DNA of 64,000 nt from Candidatus Eiseniibacteriota bacterium (GTDB taxonomy: Bacteria > Eisenbacteria > RBG-16-71-46 > CAZAMP01): the NCBI GenBank assembly GCA_965224245.1, contig OZ245046.1:416001-480000 (forward strand), in the 5' to 3' direction. Of this stretch, positions 1 through 9,306 are shown in pieces. Below the pieces are notes generated by a model. The model ran no database searches. It saw only the letters and a list, made by a program, of their open reading frames with translations, and was not told where the DNA came from. The first letter of the stretch is position 1; every line of letters starts with the position of its first letter. The translations under genes and the position numbers were made by a program.

Positions 1-2
1 GC

Positions 3-443
3 GACGGTCTCCAGCTGTTCGACGTCCGCGATCCGCTCGCGCCGACACCGATCGGTCGCGCTCGAACGTACCTGGCGGGGGACCTGCACACCGATGGCGA
101 CTACGTGTTCGTGGCGTGCGAGGATCCGGGCCTCATCGCGTATCCCACGGCCTGCGGCCCGGCGGTCGGCGTCGAGGGGGTCGTCATGCAGATCCCTCCT
201 CTCGCGTCACCCAATCCTTTCCGGGCACTCACCACGTTTCCGCTGGCAGAGGCGGGGGGGATGCTCGAGATCTTCGACGTGGCGGGCGGCCGTGTCGTGC
301 GGCTGCGCGCGCCCGTACGGGGAGATCGGGTCACGTGGGACGGTCGCGACTCTGCCGGACGCAACGTGCCGCCGGGAGTCTACTTTGCGCGGGAGCCCCG
401 AGCCGCCGGTGGACGCACGGTGCGGATCGTCCGGCAGCCGTGA
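3..443 (+). CDS. C-terminal part (5'-truncated by window edge) of a secreted LVIVD-repeat protein with FlgD-Ig/T9SS-like C-terminal domain
   Basis: Frame is open from base 3 (DGLQLFDVRDPLAP...YVFVACEDPGL, LVIVD-like) and ends SPNPF...IFDVAGGRV...WDGRDSAGRNVPPGVYF. Confidence 0.8.
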   Translation, partial: DGLQLFDVRDPLAPTPIGRARTYLAGDLHTDGDYVFVACEDPGLIAYPTACGPAVGVEGVVMQIPPLASPNPFRALTTFPLAEAGGMLEIFDVAGGRVVRLRAPVRGDRVTWDGRDSAGRNVPPGVYFAREPRAAGGRTVRIVRQP

Positions 444-507
444 GTTCCGGCGCCTGCGGTGCCGACCTGCACTCGGGCGGCCGGTCGCGCGGACGCGCGC
501 CGTGCCC

Positions 508-2769
508 TCATCGGAGCACCACGAGTCGACGAACCGAGCGGACTCCATCCACGAGGACGTCCAGGTAGTACACGCCGGCGGCATGGCCCGTGCTTGTCCA
601 CGTGATCACGTGGCGCCCGCGCGGCAACGGTCCGTCGTGGATCACCTCCACGCGCCGACCGGCAACGTCATGGACACGCGCACGGACATCCCGGGATCGC
701 TCGAGGCCGATCGCCACGCGCACCCGATCCGACATGGGGCTGGGAGATGCCGGTCCGATGGTGAAGAGGCGCGGTGGATCGAACGCGGGAGGATCCGGAT
801 CGGTCGGTGTGGCGTCGTCCTCGCACTGGAGGGGTCGCACCTCCACGCGAGTCGGGCTGTTGCCGAGGACGAACAGGAGCTCGTCGGTCAGGCTCACGGC
901 GGCGGTCACGTAGATCTCGAAGTTGCCGGTGACGGTGGGCGCGATCGGATCGGTGACGTCGAGTACGTGGCAGCGGGCGTAGGCGGTGGTCGGGTTTTTC
1001 TCGGTCACGTAGGCTGTGTGGTCCAGGACGCGGACGCCAATGGCCTCGTCGGGTGTCGGCCACGATGCGACCGGATCGGGCTCGGTCGGGTTCGAGACGT
1101 CGAAGACCAGGAGCCCGCCCAGGACGTCGGCGACGAGGAGATGCACCCCGGAGAGCGCCACGCCGCTGGCCGAGAACGGAACCTCGACGACGTTCAGGAT
1201 CTCGGCGTTCGATGGGGTCTCGACGTCGACGACCAGAACCCCCATCCGGGCGGCCGCCACGTAGGCGATGGATCCCGAGAACGCGAGGTCGGTCACCGGC
1301 TCATCGAGCGCGAGCACCCGGGTCAGGTGCGGATCGGCAGGGGACGTGACGTCGAAGATGTGCAGCTCCCGCGCGCGAGGCGTGTCACGCTCGGCCCCCA
1401 CGTAGAGGTGTGACCCTCGCACGGCGATCACGTCGTATCGTAGCGACGACGATCGCCCGCCGACGACGTGCGGGTCCCCGGGCGAGGCGACGTTCACGAT
1501 CTGGAGTGAGAGGGAGTCCCCGAAGGCCGGGGTCCCGCTCACGAAGGCATGGTCACCCGACACGCGGATGTGTCTCGGTCTCAGATCCAGCGGGGAGTCA
1601 CCGATCGTGACCGGGCTCTCGACGTCGGAAACGTCGACCACCTGGAAGCGGTCGTCGTCGTCTCCGACGAAGGCGAGACGATCACGGACGTCCAGCGCCT
1701 TGGTTCGAAAGGCAAACGTGCCCAGGACCGGCGCCGTGTCGGGTCGGGCGATGGCGATCACGTGTAGTCTCGGCACGTAGACCGGCTCGTACCCCTCGTC
1801 GATCACGTACGCGAACCCGTTCGACACCGCCACCCCCGAGGCCTGATCCGGCACCCAGGTTCCGCCGACGAGCGTCGGCGTCGTCGGGTCGCTGACGTCG
1901 ACCGTCTCGAAGCCGCTCTGAAAGCCGTTGGCGAGGAAGGCGACGTCGCCCTGGACCGCGACGCTCCTGCCCGAGCCCGACTCGAGGTGGCCCAGAAGCG
2001 TCGGCGTCGTCGGGTCGCCGACGTCGATGATGTCGAGGCCGTTCCCCACGACGTAGGCGAGAGATCCCGAGACGACCAGGTCCGCCACAGGCCCCAGGTC
2101 GGTGAGCTCTCCGACGACGATCGGATCGGTCGGCGTGCTCACGTCGACGACGTGGAGGGTCGAGGAGCCGAGGAGATACGCGTACGTCCCCTCGAGTGCG
2201 ACCCGGAACGTCGGGAGGCTGACGGTTTGCACGATGAACGGCGACTCGGGATCCGAGACGTCGACCACCCGGAGTCCCCAGCCACTGTCGGCCACGTACG
2301 CGAACCCGGACGAGACGGCGACGTCGACCGCGTCCCCCGGCGTCGCGACCGACCCCAGGGGTCGGGGATCGCCGGGGTCGGAGAGATCGACGATCTCGAG
2401 GCTGGAGACGTCGGCGACGAACCCGGTGGCGCCATCCAGCGCGAGGCCCGCCGCCCAGCTCGGTGTGTCCAGAGCCGCGAGGATCATGGGGTCGAGCGGG
2501 TCGGAGACGTCCACGACCAGGAGCCCCTCCGGGCCTCCGGCGACGTAGACGGTCTCATCAGCCGCGACCACGTCGAACGGCGCGCCGAGCTCCAGGCTGC
2601 TCACCCAGTGCAGGTAGCTCGCGTAGTCGATGCACTCCGCGACCGCCGATGGCGCGAGCGACCAGAGGATCGACGTGCCCACGATCCACGACCGCGTGAG
2701 CCCGGTGGCCGCGTACGTGCGCGCGAAGGGGATCTCGGGTCGGTACGTGGGGACGAGCGCGCGCATCAC
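508..2769 (-). CDS. Secreted LVIVD-repeat beta-propeller protein with T9SS/FlgD-like C-terminal domain
   Basis: Many L-x-V-V-D-V-S-D-P repeats; hydrophobic signal ending AVA-EC; C-terminus HDVAGRRV...AAGVYYL...RRLVVLR; exact start uncertain. Confidence 0.85.
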   Translation of the reverse strand: MMRALVPTYRPEIPFARTYAATGLTRSWIVGTSILWSLAPSAVAECIDYASYLHWVSSLELGAPFDVVAADETVYVAGGPEGLLVVDVSDPLDPMILAALDTPSWAAGLALDGATGFVADVSSLEIVDLSDPGDPRPLGSVATPGDAVDVAVSSGFAYVADSGWGLRVVDVSDPESPFIVQTVSLPTFRVALEGTYAYLLGSSTLHVVDVSTPTDPIVVGELTDLGPVADLVVSGSLAYVVGNGLDIIDVGDPTTPTLLGHLESGSGRSVAVQGDVAFLANGFQSGFETVDVSDPTTPTLVGGTWVPDQASGVAVSNGFAYVIDEGYEPVYVPRLHVIAIARPDTAPVLGTFAFRTKALDVRDRLAFVGDDDDRFQVVDVSDVESPVTIGDSPLDLRPRHIRVSGDHAFVSGTPAFGDSLSLQIVNVASPGDPHVVGGRSSSLRYDVIAVRGSHLYVGAERDTPRARELHIFDVTSPADPHLTRVLALDEPVTDLAFSGSIAYVAAARMGVLVVDVETPSNAEILNVVEVPFSASGVALSGVHLLVADVLGGLLVFDVSNPTEPDPVASWPTPDEAIGVRVLDHTAYVTEKNPTTAYARCHVLDVTDPIAPTVTGNFEIYVTAAVSLTDELLFVLGNSPTRVEVRPLQCEDDATPTDPDPPAFDPPRLFTIGPASPSPMSDRVRVAIGLERSRDVRARVHDVAGRRVEVIHDGPLPRGRHVITWTSTGHAAGVYYLDVLVDGVRSVRRLVVLR

Positions 2770-2848
2770 GGGCTTCAGCCGACGAAGGCGGCCCGGCGGC
2801 CGTTCTTCGCGCCGATGCCACGCACGGCCTCAGGCTCGTGGTGCATGG

Positions 2849-3616
2849 CTAGTCATACAGGCTCCTCAGCCCGCCCCATGTGGTGCGCTCGGTGGGCACC
2901 TCGCGACAGTCGCCGACGTCGATCGTTCCGAAGTACCAGTCGAAGCAGCAGTCGGCACAGCCGTCGAAGCCACAGACCACGACGCCGTCGGTACCCCCGG
3001 GCGACGTGTCTCCCACGCCATACTCGTAGGAGGGGCACAGGCTGAAGATGGCCGCCTGACAGTCGGCGACATCGCAACGCCCGATGCGGGGATCGCACGC
3101 CACCGAGAGCGTCCCGTCGCTTCCAGCATCGACGACGAGGAAGCCGATGCGCGTGAGCCCGTCGGGATTCTCGGTCACCATGCGACATCCGCCGGACCAC
3201 TGCGTCGCGTAGCCGCTGCCGGAGGCGGGCCAGTCGGGCTCGGGAATCTCGGTCCCTCCAGTGCATCCGGTCCACGTGCCGACGGATACCGTAGCCGGAT
3301 AATCGAGCCCGAACTGGATCCCGCCGATACCGCCGGGCGCCCCCGGACCAGATCCGTCGGGCACGCCGTCCACGAGCAGCCACGCATAGTTCGGCTGTCC
3401 GCCCGCGTCCACGAACGACGGCTGGATCGCGTCGCACGAGAGTGCGGCGTCGGCCACCGAGGCCTCGTTGCACCCGGAGTAGCTGGGAAGGGTGAAATGG
3501 ACGTTGATGCTGTACGGAAAGAGATCCCGAGTGCCGCCTCCGGCCACGACGTCGGTCGACGCCAACGACGCGATCGAGGCCAGGGCGACGACCCCGCCGA
3601 ACGAGAGCGTCCTCAT
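2849..3616 (-). CDS. Cys-rich secreted hypothetical protein with C-terminal TWGGLRSLY motif
   Basis: ATG 3616 preceded by GAAGGAG; signal peptide MRTLSFGGVVALASIASLA; ends PTERTTWGGLRSLYD. Confidence 0.75.
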   Translation of the reverse strand: MRTLSFGGVVALASIASLASTDVVAGGGTRDLFPYSINVHFTLPSYSGCNEASVADAALSCDAIQPSFVDAGGQPNYAWLLVDGVPDGSGPGAPGGIGGIQFGLDYPATVSVGTWTGCTGGTEIPEPDWPASGSGYATQWSGGCRMVTENPDGLTRIGFLVVDAGSDGTLSVACDPRIGRCDVADCQAAIFSLCPSYEYGVGDTSPGGTDGVVVCGFDGCADCCFDWYFGTIDVGDCREVPTERTTWGGLRSLYD

Positions 3617-3790
3617 CGCGTATCTCCTTCGCGCTGGAGGGAGTGATGTCCCACTCACCAATGATACCGTTCGAATGACCGTGAGGTGAAGGACTGAGCG
3701 AACGTTCACCCGCCGGGCCGGGTGCGAACGAGTGGCGATCCGGGCCGGGATACGACGGTCGCGACGGCGCGTCTCGATCGCACCTCTCGT

Positions 3791-4129
3791 CTATTCGGGG
3801 ACGGCCGACCCCTCCCCGGCACCGCGTCGCAGAACGTCGACGAGGTCGAATCGTTCGATCCGAGGCGGCTCGGTGACCGCGTAGGCGGCGGGTATCGACC
3901 GGCGCAGGTCCGACTCGAGAAAGGCGGTGAGTGCCTCCTCGGAGTCCCACAGGTAGATGCCCGCCCACTCGTCGGCGTCGGCGTCGTACGCGTAGTACTT
4001 CTGAACGAGACCCGTCAGCGCGCGGAACTGCGGCATCCGCTCCCTGGCGCGCGTCACGACCTCCTCGGGCGGGAGACTCGACTTGATGCCCTTGACGATC
4101 ATCATGATGGTGGGCTGCACGTCCGACAT
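3791..4129 (-). CDS. YdhR-family (dimeric alpha/beta barrel) putative monooxygenase
   Basis: ATG 4129 with GAGGAGG RBS; GLVQKYY...WAGIYLWDSEE motif. Confidence 0.75.
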   Translation of the reverse strand: MSDVQPTIMMIVKGIKSSLPPEEVVTRARERMPQFRALTGLVQKYYAYDADADEWAGIYLWDSEEALTAFLESDLRRSIPAAYAVTEPPRIERFDLVDVLRRGAGEGSAVPE

Positions 4130-4312
4130 GTGTCCTCCTCGCGTCACGCGGCCGCTCGCCCCGACGCTTTCGTCGTGGCGATCCATCTCAGCCGATGCGA
4201 CGTGCCGCGGCCCGCGCCACCGCCGGTGTCGGGCCGTCGCCGGACCCGGATCCTGGCAGCCTCGATCACGATCGGCAACGGTCGTGGCGTCGATCCTCTC
4301 CAGGATCGTGTG

Positions 4313-4321
4313 TGATAGACT
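4313..4321 (+). promoter_or_regulatory. Candidate extended -10 element (TGaTAGACT) for the 4370 gene
   Basis: TGnTAnnnT in an AT-rich patch ~50 nt upstream of the start. Confidence 0.35.
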
Positions 4322-4369
4322 TTTTGGGTTCCGGGAATCAGCCGTCGCGCCACGCCGAGGGAGGAGTCC

Positions 4370-7186
4370 GTGCGTCCGCACCGTGCACTCGTCACGTCCG
4401 GTCGGTTCGTTCTCGCCCTCGCCGGACTCGTGGGCTCTTCCGAGGCATACGCCCCGAACTACGAGTCCCCGCACGTCCACCCGATCGACGCCACGTCGAC
4501 GCGGGTGCTCGTGATCAACACGCCCGACGCGCGCCTGTCCATCTTCGACGTGGTCGGCGACGACCTCGTGCTCGCCGACGAGGTGCGCGTCGGCATGGAG
4601 CCGATCACCGTCCGCGCACTCGACGACCAGACGGCGTGGGTCGTGAACCACCTCTCCGACGACGTCACCGTGGTCGACCTCGCCACGGGCTCGGTCGTGG
4701 CCACGATCGCGACCGGTGACGAGCCCGCCGACGTCGCGTTCGTGCCCGATCCCACGAGCGCGGGCGAGACGTGGGCCGTGATCTCGGTCAGCCAGGAGGA
4801 TCGCGTCCTCGTGGTAGAGGCCGACGCGCCGTTCACGGAGGTCGCGTCGCTCGACATCCGGGGCTCCGATCCGCGCGCCCTCGTCGTGGACGGGACGCGC
4901 GTCTGGGTGGCGGTGTTCGAGAGCGGCAACAAGACCACGATCATCCAGCGCGCGCTGAAGGAGTCGGGACCCTGGTCCCACCTCGATCCGCCGCTGCCTC
5001 CGATCGTCCCTCCGCTGAATCCCGATCTGCCCGACAGCCTCCTGCCGGACAACAGCGTGATCGTCCGGAAGAGCGGCGGCGACTGGCTCGACGAGCAGGG
5101 CGGCAACTGGAACTCCGTCGTCACCTGGGACACCTCCGATGCCGACCTGGTCGCGATCGACTGCTCGGTCTCCCCGCCGGCGATCGGCGCCACCGTCTCC
5201 GGGGTCGGGACGCTGCTCTACGACGTCGTGCGCGATCCCGACACGGGCGATCTCTGGGTCATGAACACCGAGGCGCACAACGAGATCTACTTCGAGTCGA
5301 AGCTGACGGGCAACGCGGTGCGAAACCACATCACCCGCGTGAACCCCACGACGCTGGCCACGACCGTGTACTCGCTGAACACGCACGTCGACGTCGGGGC
5401 CCCGGGCTCGCCGACCCCGCCGAGCGCGCCGGCGCTACGGCTCGACTCGATCGCGCTCCCGAACGACGCCGTCGTCTCGGATGCGGCCGGCGCGGACGAG
5501 CTGTACGTGACCGGCATGGGAGGCACCAGGGTCGCCGTGGTCGATCCCGGCACCGGCACGGTCAGCCGCCGCCTTCCGGTCTCCCGTGGCGCGAGCGGGA
5601 TAGCGCGGGTACCGGGAAGCACGCGCCTCGTCGTGGTCAATCGGTTCGATCACGCGCTGGAGCTCGTCGATCCGATGACCGGACTCGTGGGGTCGGCGGC
5701 CATCGGACGCTCGGCCTTCGATCCCACGGCACCGCAGGTGAAGGTGGGACGCGAGCACCTGTACTCCGCGGAGCACTCGGCCCACGGCACCTTCTCGTGC
5801 GCGTCGTGTCACGCGCACGGCAACTTCGATCAGCTCGCCTGGGATCTGGGCGACCCCACCGGCGAGCTGGTTCAGCTCGACCCCGAGGACAACGGTGGCG
5901 AGGAGATCGCCCCGTTCCATCCGCTGAAGGGCCCCATGATGACGCAGACGCTGCGCGGGCTGGCCGACCTCGGGCTTCTGCACTGGCGGGGGGATCGACT
6001 CGATTTCACGGCGTTCAATCCCGCCTTCGCGAGCCTCCTCGGCGGGACCGAGCTCTCGTCGACCGAGATGCTCGCGTTCGAGGAGTTCGGGCTCTCGATC
6101 GAGTATCCGCCCAACCCACTGATCGGCCTGGACGACTCGCCGCCGTCGGTGGTCATGGACGGCTCGCCGTCGGTGGGACGGGTGCTCTTCGACACCGAGA
6201 ACGACGGCTTCTGCGTGGACTGCCATGCACACCCGCGAGGGACCACCGGGTTCGCGGCGCCGATCGACACCGTGGACGGTCTCGGCAATCAGCCGATGAA
6301 GATCGCCCAGCTTCGAAACCTGTACGAGAAGATCGGGTTCGAGAGTCTCACCGCGCAGGACAACAAGCTCGGCTTCGGCTACTTCCACGACGGATCCGAT
6401 CACGACCTGGCCGACTTCCTCCTGTTCTTCCTCGGGTTCTACACCGCGCCGCAGCTCGTCGACATCCAGGCATTCCTGCTCACGTTTCCCACGGGCACGC
6501 ACGGCGGCACCGGCCACCACTTCGCGGTCGACGAGACGAACCGCTTCGACTCCGACATCCTCGATCGGTACACGACGCTGGAGGCCGAGGCCGACGCGGC
6601 CCGACTCGATCTCATCGCGACCACTCGCACCGCCGAGGGGCCGCGGGGCTTCTACCGAAGCACGGGCAGCTATCAGAGCGACCGCATCGGGGAGGAGTGG
6701 ACGTTCACCGATCTCTCCGATCTCGCGGGCACCGGCACCACCGTCTCGTTCATGGCGGTTCCGGTGGGGCAGGGCATCCGGATGGCGATCGACCGCGACG
6801 AGGACGGCTACTACGATCGCACCGAGCTGGACTTCGGCTCCGATCCCGCCGACCCGTCCAGCGTGCCGACGCTCGACGTGGACGAGCCCTTCTCGTCACT
6901 GTTGCCGGGGCTCAGCCGGATCACCCGCGCGTTTCCGGTTCCGTTCCACACGAGGGTGTCGGTGAACGCATACGTCGGGGAGAGCGGCTGGACCGACGTC
7001 TCGGTCTTCGACGTCGGAGGCCGGCGCGTCAGGCGGCTCGTCGGTGGCCATCGCGAGGCGGGGCGTCTGGATGTCCAGTGGGACGGTCGCGACGACGCGG
7101 GGCGGGAGGTCGCGGCCGGCACGTACATCCTCGGGCTCCGGACCGCCAGCGCCGTCCACGCGCGGAAGATCATCCGCGTGAACTGA
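4370..7186 (+). CDS. Secreted YncE/YVTN beta-propeller fused to a diheme c-type (cytochrome c peroxidase/MauG-like) domain, a Ca-binding repeat and a FlgD-Ig C-terminal domain
   Basis: GGAGGAG RBS; signal peptide; propeller repeats (GMEP, GDEPADV); CASCH and CVDCH; HWRGDR; DRDEDGYYDRTELDFGSDPADPSS; WDGRDDAGREVAAGTY. Confidence 0.85.
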   Translation: MRPHRALVTSGRFVLALAGLVGSSEAYAPNYESPHVHPIDATSTRVLVINTPDARLSIFDVVGDDLVLADEVRVGMEPITVRALDDQTAWVVNHLSDDVTVVDLATGSVVATIATGDEPADVAFVPDPTSAGETWAVISVSQEDRVLVVEADAPFTEVASLDIRGSDPRALVVDGTRVWVAVFESGNKTTIIQRALKESGPWSHLDPPLPPIVPPLNPDLPDSLLPDNSVIVRKSGGDWLDEQGGNWNSVVTWDTSDADLVAIDCSVSPPAIGATVSGVGTLLYDVVRDPDTGDLWVMNTEAHNEIYFESKLTGNAVRNHITRVNPTTLATTVYSLNTHVDVGAPGSPTPPSAPALRLDSIALPNDAVVSDAAGADELYVTGMGGTRVAVVDPGTGTVSRRLPVSRGASGIARVPGSTRLVVVNRFDHALELVDPMTGLVGSAAIGRSAFDPTAPQVKVGREHLYSAEHSAHGTFSCASCHAHGNFDQLAWDLGDPTGELVQLDPEDNGGEEIAPFHPLKGPMMTQTLRGLADLGLLHWRGDRLDFTAFNPAFASLLGGTELSSTEMLAFEEFGLSIEYPPNPLIGLDDSPPSVVMDGSPSVGRVLFDTENDGFCVDCHAHPRGTTGFAAPIDTVDGLGNQPMKIAQLRNLYEKIGFESLTAQDNKLGFGYFHDGSDHDLADFLLFFLGFYTAPQLVDIQAFLLTFPTGTHGGTGHHFAVDETNRFDSDILDRYTTLEAEADAARLDLIATTRTAEGPRGFYRSTGSYQSDRIGEEWTFTDLSDLAGTGTTVSFMAVPVGQGIRMAIDRDEDGYYDRTELDFGSDPADPSSVPTLDVDEPFSSLLPGLSRITRAFPVPFHTRVSVNAYVGESGWTDVSVFDVGGRRVRRLVGGHREAGRLDVQWDGRDDAGREVAAGTYILGLRTASAVHARKIIRVN

Positions 7187-7613
7187 TCGGCTCCACACAG
7201 TCCACGCGAGCCGTCGCCGACAGGCGGCAGATCATCACCGTGCCCACGCCCGCCGCGATCACCAGCACCGGTGCGATCACGGGCGCCGTGTGGAGAATGC
7301 GGATCAGCGACGCCGCCACTCCGATCCACATCGCGGCCAGTGTGACGACCTTCGCGCGCGTCGGCATGCGTCGCTCGTGCGCCATCCGGATGTACGCCCC
7401 GAGATGCCGGTTCTCCACGAGCCTGGCGTGCAGGCGCGGGGAGCTGCGCGCGAACAGGTAGGCAGCCAGAAGCAGGAACACCGTCGTGGGAAGACCGGGA
7501 ACGAAGATCCCGATCACGCCCAGCGCGACGCAGACGAGGCCCACGCCGGCCAGAACCAGAGACTGCGCCCGACGAACGGACGTGGCGGCGATGCTGGACT
7601 TCGCGGTGAGCAT
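7170..7613 (-). CDS. YbaN/DUF454 family inner-membrane protein
   Basis: GIFVPGLPTTVFLLLAAYLFARSSPRLH signature. Confidence 0.85.
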   Translation of the reverse strand: MLTAKSSIAATSVRRAQSLVLAGVGLVCVALGVIGIFVPGLPTTVFLLLAAYLFARSSPRLHARLVENRHLGAYIRMAHERRMPTRAKVVTLAAMWIGVAASLIRILHTAPVIAPVLVIAAGVGTVMICRLSATARVDCVEPISSRG

Positions 7614-7636
7614 GGCGTCGGCTCCCTGGTGACGGA

Positions 7637-7674
7637 GAAGAAAGGACCGTGGCGCCCGGAAGAGGGCGCCACGG
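7637..7674 (-). terminator. Hairpin/putative intrinsic terminator downstream of mddA
   Basis: CCGTGGCGCCC/GGGCGCCACGG 11-bp stem followed on the minus strand by TCCTTTCTTC. Confidence 0.5.
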
Positions 7675-7685
7675 GGAGGCGCTGG

Positions 7686-8453
7686 CTACGCGGCCCGGCT
7701 CGCCGCGGCGGCGGCGGTCCGGCGCGAGGACTTCAGGCCCGGGATCAGCATCGGAACGCGACGGCGATACTGCCGGTAGCTGTCACCATGCTCGTCGATC
7801 AGGTTCCGCTCCTCGAGCTGGATGGCCACGAGGATGTAGGCGGTGGTCATGATCGCAAACAGGAGGTGTGCCGCCGTCATGGTCGGCGTGGCCCAGAAGA
7901 TCATCAGCCAGCCCACGTACAGCGGATGGCGCACGATGCGATAGAGCCACGGCGTCTTGAACGTGGGATGCGTATACTCACGCCCGCGAAGGTGCAGCCA
8001 CACCTGACGGAGTCCGAACAGATCGAAGTGATCGATCAGGAACGTCGACAGGAGAAGCAGCGCCCAGCCGAAGCCGTACAATGAGTACATGACGGCCTTG
8101 CCGGCCGAGCTCGTGATGGTCCAGATCGATCCGCCCATCGGCTCCCAGAGGGCGAACAGCGCGATGAGGGCCAGGCTCGAGAACAGCGTGTAGGTGGAAC
8201 GTTCCAGGTGAACCGGGACGATCCGCGTCCACGCCCGCTTGAACGTCGGGCGCGCCATCACGCTGTGCTGGACCGCGAACAGGGACAACAGTCCCAGGTT
8301 GATCAGGAGCGCTCGACCCACGTCGGCCGTCGGCGCGTGATCGAGACCCGTCGGTACCGCGAAGTTCCCGACGAAACCGATCGCGTAGAGGAACGTGGCG
8401 AGGAAGACCCCGTAACTGACCACACCGTAGAGGAACGAAAGTGCGCGGCTCAT
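7686..8453 (-). CDS. mddA: Methanethiol S-methyltransferase (MddA; ICMT family)
   Basis: ATG 8453 with GGAG; motifs QHSVMARPTFK, ERSTY, HFDLFGLRQ, LYRIVRHPLYVG, WATPTMT-AHLLFA, LEERNL match the recalled MddA consensus along its full length. Confidence 0.85.
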   Translation of the reverse strand: MSRALSFLYGVVSYGVFLATFLYAIGFVGNFAVPTGLDHAPTADVGRALLINLGLLSLFAVQHSVMARPTFKRAWTRIVPVHLERSTYTLFSSLALIALFALWEPMGGSIWTITSSAGKAVMYSLYGFGWALLLLSTFLIDHFDLFGLRQVWLHLRGREYTHPTFKTPWLYRIVRHPLYVGWLMIFWATPTMTAAHLLFAIMTTAYILVAIQLEERNLIDEHGDSYRQYRRRVPMLIPGLKSSRRTAAAAASRAA

Positions 8454-8804
8454 CGGATTCACTCCAGTATTCGGGTTTGGTTTCTCTGACGGACACCCAA
8501 CCGTTCGAATCCCGGACCCGAAACCTGCAACGGCTCGGGGCGTGCCCCCCCAGCCGACTCCGACGTGTATCACAAGATATTGCACTGTAATGAAATACGG
8601 CGGACGCCGGAGGCCCCGGAGAACGGACCCGGGCCCCGCCGGGGCGCCCCGGTGGCGATCGGGCGCGGTCGGGTTAGACTCCGTTCCTCGAGCGAACGAC
8701 CCCCTCGCCGCCGGTGTCGACGGCATTCCTGCGGCGCGCCCCCCGGCGGGAAGAGAGACCCGAGCGTCGGGACGGACACACCTACGACGGAGGACTCGCG
8801 AGAC

Positions 8805-9203
8805 ATGGGTAGAGGCCGATACGGAGAGCGACGCGACGGCGTCCAGAAGATCTGGTACGTCGAGCGTCTGTGGACGCTCGCCGAGCCGCTGCCGGTCGAG
8901 GAGGTCGCGATCGCCGACATCCGGGGACCGGACGAGGTGACCTGGTTCCATCCGGACGGTCCGCATCCGACGTGTCGCGCGATCGCCGAGCACTGCCGCC
9001 GCATCAACGAGGTGGACACGAGCTATCCGATCCTGCTCACCGAGGACCGCTGCGTGTTCGACGGCATGCATCGAATCGCGCGGTGCCTGATGGAAGGGCG
9101 CGCCACCATCCGGGCCAAGCGGTTCCCGACCAATCCGGAGCCCGACGAGGTTCACCGGATCGCGCCGCCGGGAGGTGACGACACCGCCCCGGATGCGCGG
9201 TGA
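8805..9203 (+). CDS. Small ParB/Srx-fold domain protein
   Basis: ATG 8805 after GGAGG; YPILL...VFDGMHRIAR (DGxHR motif). Confidence 0.65.
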   Translation: MGRGRYGERRDGVQKIWYVERLWTLAEPLPVEEVAIADIRGPDEVTWFHPDGPHPTCRAIAEHCRRINEVDTSYPILLTEDRCVFDGMHRIARCLMEGRATIRAKRFPTNPEPDEVHRIAPPGGDDTAPDAR

Positions 9204-9306
9204 AGATCCACCACGCCGGTCCGGGTCGTTTCCTGCAACCGGGCGGCGTTCCGAGCGTATGCGAACGACATCCCCTCCCGCCCGGCGTCACGACCCGGAG
9301 ATCTCC

